A stretch of 64,000 nucleotides of DNA from an uncultured Planctomycetia bacterium (GCA_964460615.1 CAYWPX010000002.1:7220-71219), one strand, 5' to 3'. Shown: positions 9,740 through 19,254, numbered from the stretch's first letter. Numbers and translations: made by a program. The notes: generated by a model not told the origin, from the sequence alone.

Positions 9740-10597
9740 TTAGTTTTTTTTTGCGTAAAATTGGGACAACTTTGTCCTCCTTAGGATCTTATAATTATCC
9801 TTATTACCTCCGCGATAGATCTTTGATTCTCCTGGCTTTAACAATAATAATTTGAGATAATATCTCGCTTTGCCTACCAGAGACACCCTTCTCGCCATGC
9901 CCTCTTCCATCGCATAAGTACAGGTATTACATGTTCCGCACGATAAGCCCATTATTAGGGGCCTATGGCAAAACCAGGTTTTGTCTAATATATAAAGAAA
10001 GCCTAATTTTCTGGCAATAGTCTCCATTTCGATCTTGCTGACATCAAAAAGCGGAAATTTAAAATATTTGAATAACAAAAGATCTTTATCCTGAACCAAA
10101 GGACTTAACTTATAATAGTGCTCATCACCATTAACTATCTTATCTATAGATCCTTTGAGTAATTTGTGTATCGACGTCTCTTTTTCTACGGTAAGCTCGA
10201 TATCCTTGACACCGCTCTGTTCAGCAAACCTGGACAACAATCCATATTGCGTCCCGTACCAGGCTCGTGCACGGAGATTTTTATAGTACGTATTAAGCGC
10301 TTCATTAGATTCTATATCCTCGACATTTATATATTCGGTCGGCAATAAATTGGTACCGGCCCATGGATATTTTCTATATACGATCTTTCTGATTCTATCC
10401 ATGCACTTTATTTCTACCCGGGTAGAGGCCCTATCCTTATAATTGATTATATAATAAGGCTGAATTTCGCCTTTATTGGCAAGTATTAAGCTTATAAGTC
10501 TGAACGTGGAATCCCACCCGCCTGTCCAGAATATATTTGTCTTTTGATCATTAGCCATATCTCGATTAAGCCCCGGATGATTTTGGTTCCTATCCAT
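9740..10597 (-). CDS. QueC/ExsB-like PP-loop ATPase
   Basis: FWTGGWDSTFRL is a PP-loop SGGxDS variant. C-terminal C-x9-C-G-T-C-N-T-C zinc motif as in QueC. An ExsB-type homolog in an EPS locus has precedent. Confidence 0.45.
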   Translation of the reverse strand: MDRNQNHPGLNRDMANDQKTNIFWTGGWDSTFRLISLILANKGEIQPYYIINYKDRASTRVEIKCMDRIRKIVYRKYPWAGTNLLPTEYINVEDIESNEALNTYYKNLRARAWYGTQYGLLSRFAEQSGVKDIELTVEKETSIHKLLKGSIDKIVNGDEHYYKLSPLVQDKDLLLFKYFKFPLFDVSKIEMETIARKLGFLYILDKTWFCHRPLIMGLSCGTCNTCTYAMEEGMARRVSLVGKARYYLKLLLLKPGESKIYRGGNKDNYKILRRTKLSQFYAKKN

Positions 10598-10645
10598 AAC
10601 TTAGGCCGGTTTCTTCATTATCAACATCTTTAAAAATCAGTGCTA

Positions 10646-11071
10646 TTAAGATCCATTCTTATAGCGCTTCATCATTCCTAAAACACCTGCGCCGATCGCA
10701 AACAATGCCGCACTTACAGGCTCCGGGGTCACGCAGGCATGAAGAGTCCCGTAACCGTTAATGTGTACATTATATGAATTTTCCTTCTGCAAAATAGGCC
10801 AATTCCAATTCTTAAGATCACGGCTGACAGTAGACTTCCTCGGAAAACCTTCTTCAAATATTGTATTTTTGTTACCCCCGTATCCCCACCATCCGAGTAT
10901 TGATGTATCATTATTCTTTAATTCAACATGTATCCACGGGATTTCGTTTTTCTTAAATATGTATTTCTCATTCCCCGAACTATCACTTAACCAAAAATCC
11001 TTCGCAAAAGCGCGATCTGAGACAGCTAAAAATAATACTACCGACATGAACACAACAATTATGTTTTTCAT
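10646..11071 (-). CDS. PEP-CTERM sorting-domain secreted protein
   Basis: Signal peptide MKNIIVVFMSVVLFLAVS (start chosen at the internal Met; the track ORF extends to 11122). C-terminus VTPEPVSAALFAIGAGVLGMMKRYKNGS has PEP, a TM helix and a basic tail. Confidence 0.6.
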   Translation of the reverse strand: MKNIIVVFMSVVLFLAVSDRAFAKDFWLSDSSGNEKYIFKKNEIPWIHVELKNNDTSILGWWGYGGNKNTIFEEGFPRKSTVSRDLKNWNWPILQKENSYNVHINGYGTLHACVTPEPVSAALFAIGAGVLGMMKRYKNGS

Positions 11072-11422
11072 ACAACACTCCTTTTTGTAGACTATTTTAC
11101 AAAAAGGTATATGAAAAACCATATGCCAAATCCACTTTTACCATACTTTTTTCTACCAATTATATCTTATAACATTTTTAAGATATGCTTTTACAAGAAC
11201 TTTAACAACAAATCAATGACCATTTGGTTATATAATTTAGTAAATAAGTGAAGTAGTTTATTTTTACTTTTTAAGAATGCGAATACCTGCACAAGTTATG
11301 CTGCCGAGGAAAGGTTAGCCATCAGTTGCTAATAACGGATAAATACCTGCAACATAGCCGTAATAATGCTTTTGTAACAAGTTTTGTTTTATTAATTTAA
11401 TAAATCCGGATAACAAAACCGA

Positions 11423-13552
11423 TTATTGCTGCTCTGACGGCTTTTTATTAAAATCATAATAATCAAAACCCGGACGGACTGCCTGCATCTTCTGCCATAT
11501 AAATGCGTCGGTATTGCCCTCCAGATAATATTTGAGGTAAACGGTTACCATCATTTCGGAGGTTTCAGTCAAAGCATAGAACACTTTACCCCTGTTGAAC
11601 GCATCAATAAAGCAGATCCCGGTTAAACATCCCAGGTTAAACAGTCTTGAATATTTAAATTTGTCCGGTGAAATAGCCAGGTCCCTGCGGGAAATAGCTA
11701 CAAGCCCTTTATAGTGTGTTTTTGGATAACAGATATTATCAACAATTTTTGATACTGTAAGATCTGCTGACCTTATCCTGATTGCGTCAGCGATCACGTT
11801 GCCGCTGGGTGTATTATTATCCAACGATACCCAATAACGCCCGCTCTGAAAATAATATTGCCCCAGGGTATTCCATTGTTTGCCCTTAATTGTCTGGTCG
11901 GCGTAAACTACTACATTAACCGAATTATTATTGATCGTATAGCGGGCAGATCTGGTATTTTTTTCCAAAACCGGCCACCATGAATAGACGTTATAATTTC
12001 CGGGCGTAGAGATCGTAAAATAAAATCTAAATTTATTTTCACCTGAACCGGGCCCTGACCAGTGATAGGTCTTGCCATAACTCGAATCTAGATCCAGGTC
12101 TTCAGCCCAGTTACCTGCGATCTCAACATCCGGTACGTATGATGCGGTATTAGTGATAAAATATTTTCGGTGGTCCAAATTCGACGGATCGGGCGCTTCG
12201 CCCGTAGCGGAATACCACGCCGGCTTCCCGCTTTCCGGGAACCTCTGGAGAGCGCTAGCGCGGGCGGTTTCAACCTTATAATAGGTCGAGTCTCCGGGTA
12301 CCTGATAAGTCAAATAATAGTTATACGGAGGAGCCCCTTTTGGGTCATTGAAGTTATACGGCATAATGGCGCTTGTCCCGTCTTTAAATGTTGGCCACCA
12401 CAGCGGAAAAGAATGGTTTTTTTTCACTACCTGCAGATTAACACGGAAAATTTTTGAACCGTAATTTTCCATTCTTTCATCATCCATATAACGCAGATCA
12501 TTCACTGATTTTTTCGCTATCTCATCTTCGGAAGAGAAAACAAGCCCCATGCCAAAATTGGAGTGGCCGACAAAAATCACATGCGCATTTGAAGTAGTAA
12601 GAGAACGTTTGAACCCTATTGGGTCATCAATAAGGTGAATAAAATGGGTCCTGCCTTTAGCATTTCTGTATACCCATACCTGCCCGCTCTTGGTTGCGCC
12701 AATGGTCTTAAAAAAATATTCCAGATCAGGCTTCATAATAGAAGGAGAATATCCTAGACTGATATATATATGTTCCGTGCTTGTCATAGAGGGATCTATA
12801 TTAACCTCCGTAGACGCTTCTTCCGACCAATTACCGCTATTGTCCTGTACCTTAAAATAGATAGTGTGCTTGCCTGTTGAAAGATTTGTTTTCGTCAGCC
12901 CGGCAGCCGAACCGTCAAAGGTCCCGTCTAAGCTTGAACGCCAGCTATAACCTGTTATCTTTCCGTTCAGATCGGTACCGTGCCCGGAAAACCTGACCTT
13001 GCTTGAAGGCGCTGCGGGATTAGGAGTTATAGAATCTATATAAGCCACAGGGGGGGTGCCGGCAGGGACATAAACAAATTTTATGGCATCTGCGCATGTT
13101 GTATAAATATTATAGCTGAGCGATTTGACGCTGACTGTCCCGCCTCTAATTTTATCAAAGTCATAGATACCGAGAAGGTTCCACCTGCCTCCATTCATTG
13201 TCTGATCCACATATACTATATTGTCTATGCCGGAATGTGTTATGGTAACCGGTGCATAGGTCATGTTATTTGGCGATCGGCTCCACCACATATATACCTT
13301 ATAACGGCCCGATTGCGGCAGATTTGCATGCCACGCATACCTTGAATCGTAATAGCCCAAAAGCGAACCAGAGCCATAAGAATCAGAGGCAGACGTAGGT
13401 ATCCATGTTCCGTGATTGGTTGTTCCGCTAAAACCGTTATCAACGATTATTTCCGTTGGTACTTCTTGCGCTTTTGCCGCAATACCGGCACAAAATTCAA
13501 AAAATAATGATATTACTATCCAAAAAATAATTTTCCTTTTGGTATTTTTCAT
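11423..13552 (-). CDS. large secreted multi-domain repeat protein (two homologous ~130-aa terminal repeats flanking a PKD/Ig-like segment)
   Basis: Signal peptide MKNTKRKIIFWIVISLFFEFCAG. N-terminal repeat YKVYMWW...TITHSGIDNIVYVDQTMNGGRWNLLGIYDF and C-terminal repeat YNVYSWW...VVVYADQTIKGKQWNTLGQYYF are homologous. The central segment has a TPNPAAPSSKVRFSGHGTDLNGKITGYSW PKD-like stretch. Confidence 0.5.
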   Translation of the reverse strand: MKNTKRKIIFWIVISLFFEFCAGIAAKAQEVPTEIIVDNGFSGTTNHGTWIPTSASDSYGSGSLLGYYDSRYAWHANLPQSGRYKVYMWWSRSPNNMTYAPVTITHSGIDNIVYVDQTMNGGRWNLLGIYDFDKIRGGTVSVKSLSYNIYTTCADAIKFVYVPAGTPPVAYIDSITPNPAAPSSKVRFSGHGTDLNGKITGYSWRSSLDGTFDGSAAGLTKTNLSTGKHTIYFKVQDNSGNWSEEASTEVNIDPSMTSTEHIYISLGYSPSIMKPDLEYFFKTIGATKSGQVWVYRNAKGRTHFIHLIDDPIGFKRSLTTSNAHVIFVGHSNFGMGLVFSSEDEIAKKSVNDLRYMDDERMENYGSKIFRVNLQVVKKNHSFPLWWPTFKDGTSAIMPYNFNDPKGAPPYNYYLTYQVPGDSTYYKVETARASALQRFPESGKPAWYSATGEAPDPSNLDHRKYFITNTASYVPDVEIAGNWAEDLDLDSSYGKTYHWSGPGSGENKFRFYFTISTPGNYNVYSWWPVLEKNTRSARYTINNNSVNVVVYADQTIKGKQWNTLGQYYFQSGRYWVSLDNNTPSGNVIADAIRIRSADLTVSKIVDNICYPKTHYKGLVAISRRDLAISPDKFKYSRLFNLGCLTGICFIDAFNRGKVFYALTETSEMMVTVYLKYYLEGNTDAFIWQKMQAVRPGFDYYDFNKKPSEQQ

Positions 13553-13692
13553 AAAAATAACTCCTCACGGCATTTTTACATGATTTAATAAGCACTATAT
13601 TCTAAACCCTTTGAAAAAATATAGCATTGATTCGAATACACCTTTTATTGACCTTTTTCCACTAAGGAATTTTAAACAGGCTTTTCTTTTCT

Positions 13693-13735
13693 GAAAAAGA
13701 AAAACCCTGATCGCATTAAGCAAACAGGGCTAAAG
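13693..13735 (-). terminator. Rho-independent terminator hairpin (CCCTGATCGCATTAAGCAAACAGGG followed by a T-run on the minus strand); near-identical copy at 57533-57575
   Basis: Inverted repeat CCCTG...CAGGG followed on the minus strand by TTTTTCTTTTTC; about 85% identical to the element 3' of tRNA-His. Confidence 0.5.
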
Positions 13736-13971
13736 ATTTTACCTTCAAAACAATTATTAAATAATCCGCCTTTTTATACCTTATTTTTTCTGAATAATTC
13801 CCTTGATACCATAAAGCTTAGGATGACTATTTAGGCCTATCCCTTCGGGTACAAAGAAAGGCGTACCAAATATAATCTTATATACATCTGTCCTCTCTTG
13901 TCCCCACTTAATGATAATAATAACACGTCTTTACTTATATCATCATATATCAATATCCTATTATTGAGCGA

Positions 13972-15096
13972 TCATTTCCATATCTTAATAAAAACTATTA
14001 CCGCGCCGCCAAGTCCGAAAAGAAATATTGATACTGGTTCAGGAATAATAACCTTAGGGGTCAGTAAAAATCCGTATAATATAGGCATCTCTTCTCCGTC
14101 TTCATAAATACGCGTATGTCCATCCCTTGTAAAACCACCTACTATCTGGCCGGAATCGTTAATGCCATCGGCCCACATAAGATTTAACCCTTCCTCATAT
14201 GGGATCAAATCCTGGAGTTTCCTCATCCCTTCCTTACTATCCCAGATAAAAGCAAAATTATTATAGTCTGAACTAGAATATTCTCCCACCACAACGCTAG
14301 AGCTATTTATGGATTTGGCTATGCTATTGACTCCCAATAGATGTATATCTTTTATGCCCTCATTTACATTCCAAATAAAAGCGTGCCTGGGACTTCTCCC
14401 ATCGACAGGAGTTGAGCCTACAACTTCATTCAGTTCATTGATATCATAAACAATTGTAAATTGAATTTCACTTTGGCTAAGAGAACCTATTTCTCTCATC
14501 CCGTCAGGTTCGTCCCATATGGCAGCTCTATTGGCAACACGACCATATTTATCAAGGCTATACATTCCTGCAATCGACCCGCGGTTATTAATACACCTCG
14601 CGTCACTCGTGCCTCCCATGGACCTAAACTCTGTTACACCCTTATCCTGGCTCCACGTGGCAGCGCAAACCGGCTTAAAGTCTTCGCCTCCTAAAGGGCT
14701 ATATTCCCTCGCTACCACACAAGAATCATTTATACTCGAGGGATAAAAACCATAACCGGGAACGTAATCGAGGATCTTTTTCATGCCTGAAGCTTTATTC
14801 CAGATAAAAATATATTTGTTGTTGTAGCCAAGGACATCTCCTTTATTATTAAGGCCCCTGATAAGAAAACTTTGATTTATTTTTGTTATGCCTGAACCTT
14901 CGTCCCAAAAAAAAGCGGTTTTATCTGTAAGCTGCCCCGCCACATTCCCATTGTTGTTCAGATAGAAAGCGTGTTCACTATCGCGAAACCACATTTCAAT
15001 CCCAATGTCTTTGAAATCATACATTGGAAATTCTTTAGCATGAACTAACGGGGCTGACAAAATAAGCGTGATAATAAAAAATAGAATCTTATTCAT
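13972..15096 (-). CDS. PEP-CTERM sorting-domain secreted protein
   Basis: Signal peptide MNKILFFIITLILSAPLVHA. C-terminus IIPEPVSIFLFGLGGAVIVFIKIWK has PEP, a TM helix and a basic end. Confidence 0.6.
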   Translation of the reverse strand: MNKILFFIITLILSAPLVHAKEFPMYDFKDIGIEMWFRDSEHAFYLNNNGNVAGQLTDKTAFFWDEGSGITKINQSFLIRGLNNKGDVLGYNNKYIFIWNKASGMKKILDYVPGYGFYPSSINDSCVVAREYSPLGGEDFKPVCAATWSQDKGVTEFRSMGGTSDARCINNRGSIAGMYSLDKYGRVANRAAIWDEPDGMREIGSLSQSEIQFTIVYDINELNEVVGSTPVDGRSPRHAFIWNVNEGIKDIHLLGVNSIAKSINSSSVVVGEYSSSDYNNFAFIWDSKEGMRKLQDLIPYEEGLNLMWADGINDSGQIVGGFTRDGHTRIYEDGEEMPILYGFLLTPKVIIPEPVSIFLFGLGGAVIVFIKIWK

Positions 15097-15473
15097 ATTT
15101 CCCCTTTTTTACTGATATCAGTTTAAATGAATACATAAAAAAGGCAATGGGGGGTTTCTCTTTTTTTTTGACTAATTTCTATTGTATCAATTACCCTAAA
15201 ATTGGTTTTTATGCAAATATGCCGATAAAATCAAATCTTCAAAAAGAGACAGGCATGATCTGACGGTTTTTTTAAGTTTATTTACTTGTTAAGTTAATTT
15301 TTGATATAATATCTTTTGAAAAAGAACTCGAACCAAATGAAGCTCTAGAACTGCGGACTATTTGTTATATAATAGATAGGATAAAAAAAATTATTACCCA
15401 AAACTATAAGTCTATTAATATAAATAATATAAACATCGCATACCGCGAAAAAGGCCGCGGACAACCCGTAATA

Positions 15474-16193
15474 TTGGTTCACGGGTTTGCCTCATCTTCG
15501 CATACATGGCTTGCCCTGATAAAACTACTTCCCGGCAGATTCAGATATATAACCATAGACCTCAAAGGCTTTGGCCGCTCCGATAAGCCCCGCGACAGGA
15601 ATTATTCGGCTTATGACCAGGCAAAAATATTGTCGGAATTCATCAATCGGCTAAATCTGGATAATGTAATAATAGTAGGGCATTCTTTCGGAGGGATAGT
15701 CAGCCTTGTCTTACTCATATCGAAAAACATAAAGAAGCGGATAGCCGGCCTTATCTTAATAGATACGGTAGCATATTTTAAACATATACCTGATTTTATA
15801 GCAAAATTAAGGATACCTATCGGCAATATATTAGGGCTCAGCATCTTTCCATCGCGCGAACTGGTAATAAATGTCCTTCGGGAAGTCTTTTATGATCGTT
15901 CAAAGATAACTGAAGACCTCATAAGCGCATACACCAAAAACCTGGATTCCCCTGAAGCAAAAAGAAGCCTAGTAAGAAGCGCTGAGCAATTTGTATCTAA
16001 AGATATGCTCCATATACACGAAAAATTCAGTCAGATACACGTCCCGGCACTCATCGTAAGCGGCGAAAAAGACCGCCTTATCCCTGTTGAAGAATCATAT
16101 GCCTTAAAACAAGAGCTTCCTAACGTAAATTTAAAAATTATCCCTATGTGCGGACATTCCCCCCCAGGAAGAATGTCCGGAGGAACTGGCTAA
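15474..16193 (+). CDS. alpha/beta-fold hydrolase (true start probably upstream of the listed TTG)
   Basis: GHSFGG nucleophile elbow, HG oxyanion motif and a C-terminal His motif (MCGHSP). The frame is open back to 15297 and encodes ININNINIAYREKGRGQPVILVHGF, but has no ATG/GTG/TTG before 15474. Confidence 0.7.
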   Translation: MVHGFASSSHTWLALIKLLPGRFRYITIDLKGFGRSDKPRDRNYSAYDQAKILSEFINRLNLDNVIIVGHSFGGIVSLVLLISKNIKKRIAGLILIDTVAYFKHIPDFIAKLRIPIGNILGLSIFPSRELVINVLREVFYDRSKITEDLISAYTKNLDSPEAKRSLVRSAEQFVSKDMLHIHEKFSQIHVPALIVSGEKDRLIPVEESYALKQELPNVNLKIIPMCGHSPPGRMSGGTG

Positions 16194-16209
16194 GATCATC
16201 TCGGAATTT

Positions 16210-17838
16210 TTGGCCAAAATAAAACAGCCGTCTCTATTCTTATTGATAAGGCAGTTAAAGATACGAAAACTTTTTGACCGATTAATGTCTTCTATCTTTG
16301 AGCTATGCTCTTTTGCAAGGATTTCTGAATGCATTAAACACCTTAAACTCAAGCCAAAAGAAGACGGTTGGCGCACTGCGGCACAGGTGTATCTAAGAAC
16401 CGAGCATACTAAATTTATTCTGGCTGCTTTCAGATTGGACCTCTGGTCCGATTTTCCCGCTAAAGAAAATGTATCCGTTGGCATCGCAAAAAAACATCTT
16501 ATTAAAAGACTTGCTTTGTTTTTGTTAGATTATCCGATAACACATCGCCAGCTCAGTTGGGGAAAATTTTCAACTAAGCATGAGAAAAAAGACCCTATAG
16601 ATATTGTCTGTGCCGTTTTTAAGGCCGACGGGACACTCGACAGCATTGAACCATATCTTGATCAGTCCCATGGCTCATTCAGATCTATTAGTGAAGATTA
16701 CATGAACTTATTAGATAGAACAATGGTTAATAAATATAATGAGTTAAATAATTTTAAAGATGAATACCGCCCACGGAGGTTAAAGAAAGATCTGCTAAAG
16801 TGGTTAAAGTCACATCCGCCCGTTCCAAAAAATAGATCTAAGGATGCTTCGCGGTATTTAAAAAGAATCTTGAACAGCACATTTATACATTTTGAAATAC
16901 TAACGGCTAATGACACACATAATGATGTATCGCGTTTTAAATACCCTGATTTTATAAAACGCAAACATCCGGGTTTTGGAATATTAAATATTTGCTGCAG
17001 ATTGACAGGCGATTTAAAAGAGGCTGACCTTTGGTTCCAGATTGCTCATGTTTCAATTGACGGAGTTCCTATGCAGGAAATCCTGAACTCTCTTAAAGCG
17101 CGTTGGAAGACATGCGGTGAACTGATCCTACCTTCAATGTCTTATAAAAAAAATCCGATCATTCCTGAACTGTGCTCAACGACAAGCGGACCTAGCGGGA
17201 AGTACCATGCAGAAAAACTTGTAGATTTCCGTCCATTACTAAAAATAAGAGAAGAGCTTAATCAAAAATATGCGGATAAATTATCATCTCCCATTACAGT
17301 TATCAGTATGCTAGGCTGGGGCCTTGGGCAACATTATATATTTTCAAAACGTCGATTTCTTTTCCCGGTCGACCTGGCAAAATCCGATAATAGGGAACGG
17401 ACTCTCGGATTTGTAAGCATAAGGCCCTCTAAATACATCGACAATCCCGGGCTTGTTGACAGCTTTTTGGAATATCAGCTGGCATTTAACCGCAAACTTT
17501 CAAGGGCGCACGCGAGGATCAATGGAATATATAAACTATTTGAGATATTTGCTTTATTGCCGGCGCCGGTATATTGGTTTATGCAGAGGTTTATGATAAA
17601 ACTTTTTTCAAACGTACTGGGATCAATAGTTATAACAACCATTAAAGATGCTGACTTCTTTGTTGCGCCTTCAAGTGATGTTATCCTGGAGGGATTCATC
17701 GCTTTCGGAAATTTTTCGATACCGACAAAGGATGGGAAAATCGCCGGAATAGTAAGCGTAAAAACAACCAAAGACAATGTTGGGCTTTATTTAAACGCGA
17801 TTGAGGAAATAGCCGGGGATTTCGGAAAATATCTGTGA
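16210..17838 (+). CDS. hypothetical protein with HxxxDG acyltransferase-like motif (possible WS/DGAT or condensation-type CoA-dependent acyltransferase)
   Basis: FQIAHVSIDGVPMQEI at about residue 277 resembles the HHxxxDG catalytic motif; no other firm homology is recognisable by eye. Confidence 0.3.
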   Translation: MAKIKQPSLFLLIRQLKIRKLFDRLMSSIFELCSFARISECIKHLKLKPKEDGWRTAAQVYLRTEHTKFILAAFRLDLWSDFPAKENVSVGIAKKHLIKRLALFLLDYPITHRQLSWGKFSTKHEKKDPIDIVCAVFKADGTLDSIEPYLDQSHGSFRSISEDYMNLLDRTMVNKYNELNNFKDEYRPRRLKKDLLKWLKSHPPVPKNRSKDASRYLKRILNSTFIHFEILTANDTHNDVSRFKYPDFIKRKHPGFGILNICCRLTGDLKEADLWFQIAHVSIDGVPMQEILNSLKARWKTCGELILPSMSYKKNPIIPELCSTTSGPSGKYHAEKLVDFRPLLKIREELNQKYADKLSSPITVISMLGWGLGQHYIFSKRRFLFPVDLAKSDNRERTLGFVSIRPSKYIDNPGLVDSFLEYQLAFNRKLSRAHARINGIYKLFEIFALLPAPVYWFMQRFMIKLFSNVLGSIVITTIKDADFFVAPSSDVILEGFIAFGNFSIPTKDGKIAGIVSVKTTKDNVGLYLNAIEEIAGDFGKYL

Positions 17839-17854
17839 AATGACGAAATACTGC

Positions 17855-19024
17855 CTAAGCAATAGCTGCCTTTTGACGACCTCGTGACATCTCTTTTCGA
17901 AGCATCTCTTTCTGGATAGATTTCTTTTGGACGAACCCGACCATCTGTGTCACTAACTCTTCGGACAAAGCTCTCGGTTTAGGCAAGTTTGCTCCAAGTA
18001 CAGCTTTTAGCTGATCCTGATTGAAAGTCGGTTCCTGCCAAAAATATCTTTCGTATATCTGTATCGAACGGAAAAATCTACGTTCAAGCACTGACAGCTC
18101 TTCAGTATCTTCCTTTTTACACCATGACAATTCCGGCCATGACAAAAACCCTTGAACATATTTCATAAGATTTTTTAGAGATATCGGCTCAGGATGAGTC
18201 AAGTGAAACGTCCCTCCCCATGCCGCTTCACTAGATACCAGCATTGCTATTAATTTTGCTACATAATCGACAGGGATAAAATTTTTCGTGGTTTTAGGGT
18301 CTCCGAGGATCCTAAAGCGGCGATCGCCGGAAAGCTCACCGGAGCCTGCCCTGTTAAGTATCAGCCTATGTATCCATGATAAACGACGTATGAAATCAAA
18401 AAAATGGTGCTCTTCACACATCCATCCGTTCTTGGAATCTCCTACTATTATACTTGGACGAAGGATCATCGCTTTGATCCTCCCCGAAGCCTGCGCTTTA
18501 CGGACCTCATTTTCAGCTGTAGCTTTGCTTCGTTCATAGCTATTCCTGAAACTTCCATTCACATCAAGTTCGTTCTCATATACTAAGCCGGTCCTTGCTC
18601 CGGCAACATAAGCAGAGCTAACATAAGCCATAGCCTTATTCTTGGTAAGGGACGCAAATTCAATAGCCTTGAGAGTACCTCCTATATTGACCTCTTCATA
18701 TATGTTCCAGTCGGTCTCTAAAGCAGTGCAGGCTAAGTTATGAAGTAAGATATCTGCATTTTTAGTATACAAGGAATAAGACTTTTCATCCAGGCCGAAA
18801 TTTGGCTGAGTAGCATTCCCTTCTACTACAAACAGAGTATTACCGAGAGTTTTATCGTATGGAAACAACGGATCGTAATCAAATAAGGATTCTTTAAGGC
18901 GGGTATTGGCATCACTTCCGCGCTTTTGGCGCACAAGCGCTGTTACAGTATGCCCCTTCATAAGTAATTCCCGTAAAAGAACGGTTCCCAAAAAACCATT
19001 CGCCCCGGTCAAAAATATTTTCAT
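17855..19024 (-). CDS. thioester-reductase-family SDR (NAD_binding_4; fatty acyl-CoA/ACP reductase-like)
   Basis: MKIFLTGANGFLGTVLLRELLMKGHTVTALVRQKRGSDANTRLKESL matches the TIGR01746-type N-terminus. YERSK supplies the catalytic Y-x3-K. Confidence 0.65.
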   Translation of the reverse strand: MKIFLTGANGFLGTVLLRELLMKGHTVTALVRQKRGSDANTRLKESLFDYDPLFPYDKTLGNTLFVVEGNATQPNFGLDEKSYSLYTKNADILLHNLACTALETDWNIYEEVNIGGTLKAIEFASLTKNKAMAYVSSAYVAGARTGLVYENELDVNGSFRNSYERSKATAENEVRKAQASGRIKAMILRPSIIVGDSKNGWMCEEHHFFDFIRRLSWIHRLILNRAGSGELSGDRRFRILGDPKTTKNFIPVDYVAKLIAMLVSSEAAWGGTFHLTHPEPISLKNLMKYVQGFLSWPELSWCKKEDTEELSVLERRFFRSIQIYERYFWQEPTFNQDQLKAVLGANLPKPRALSEELVTQMVGFVQKKSIQKEMLRKEMSRGRQKAAIA

Positions 19025-19254
19025 GTATAATGTCTCATTTCAGGAATTTTAGCATTTGTCATTATGTTTGGCATTTTACAGCATCGGCGCCTTAATAGCA
19101 ACTTTTTATTTTTAATATATTTTATACTGTCAAGGCACAGCATTTTTCTCTGTGATTCCCGCCAATATCATAGTAAGCCATTAAGGCGCCCTGAACCAAT
19201 ATCTCTATGCCGGGAAACAAAAACTATAACTGCACCTAAACTTTATAAGTCCGA

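Noticed and set aside
7510-15183. Interpreting the shared upstream motif as a sigma-54 (-24/-12) promoter
   Set aside because: GGTAGAAAAAAGTCAA lacks the GG-N10-GC spacing (TGGCAC-N5-TTGCW), and no sigma-54 activator is present here. Left as a generic regulon signal.
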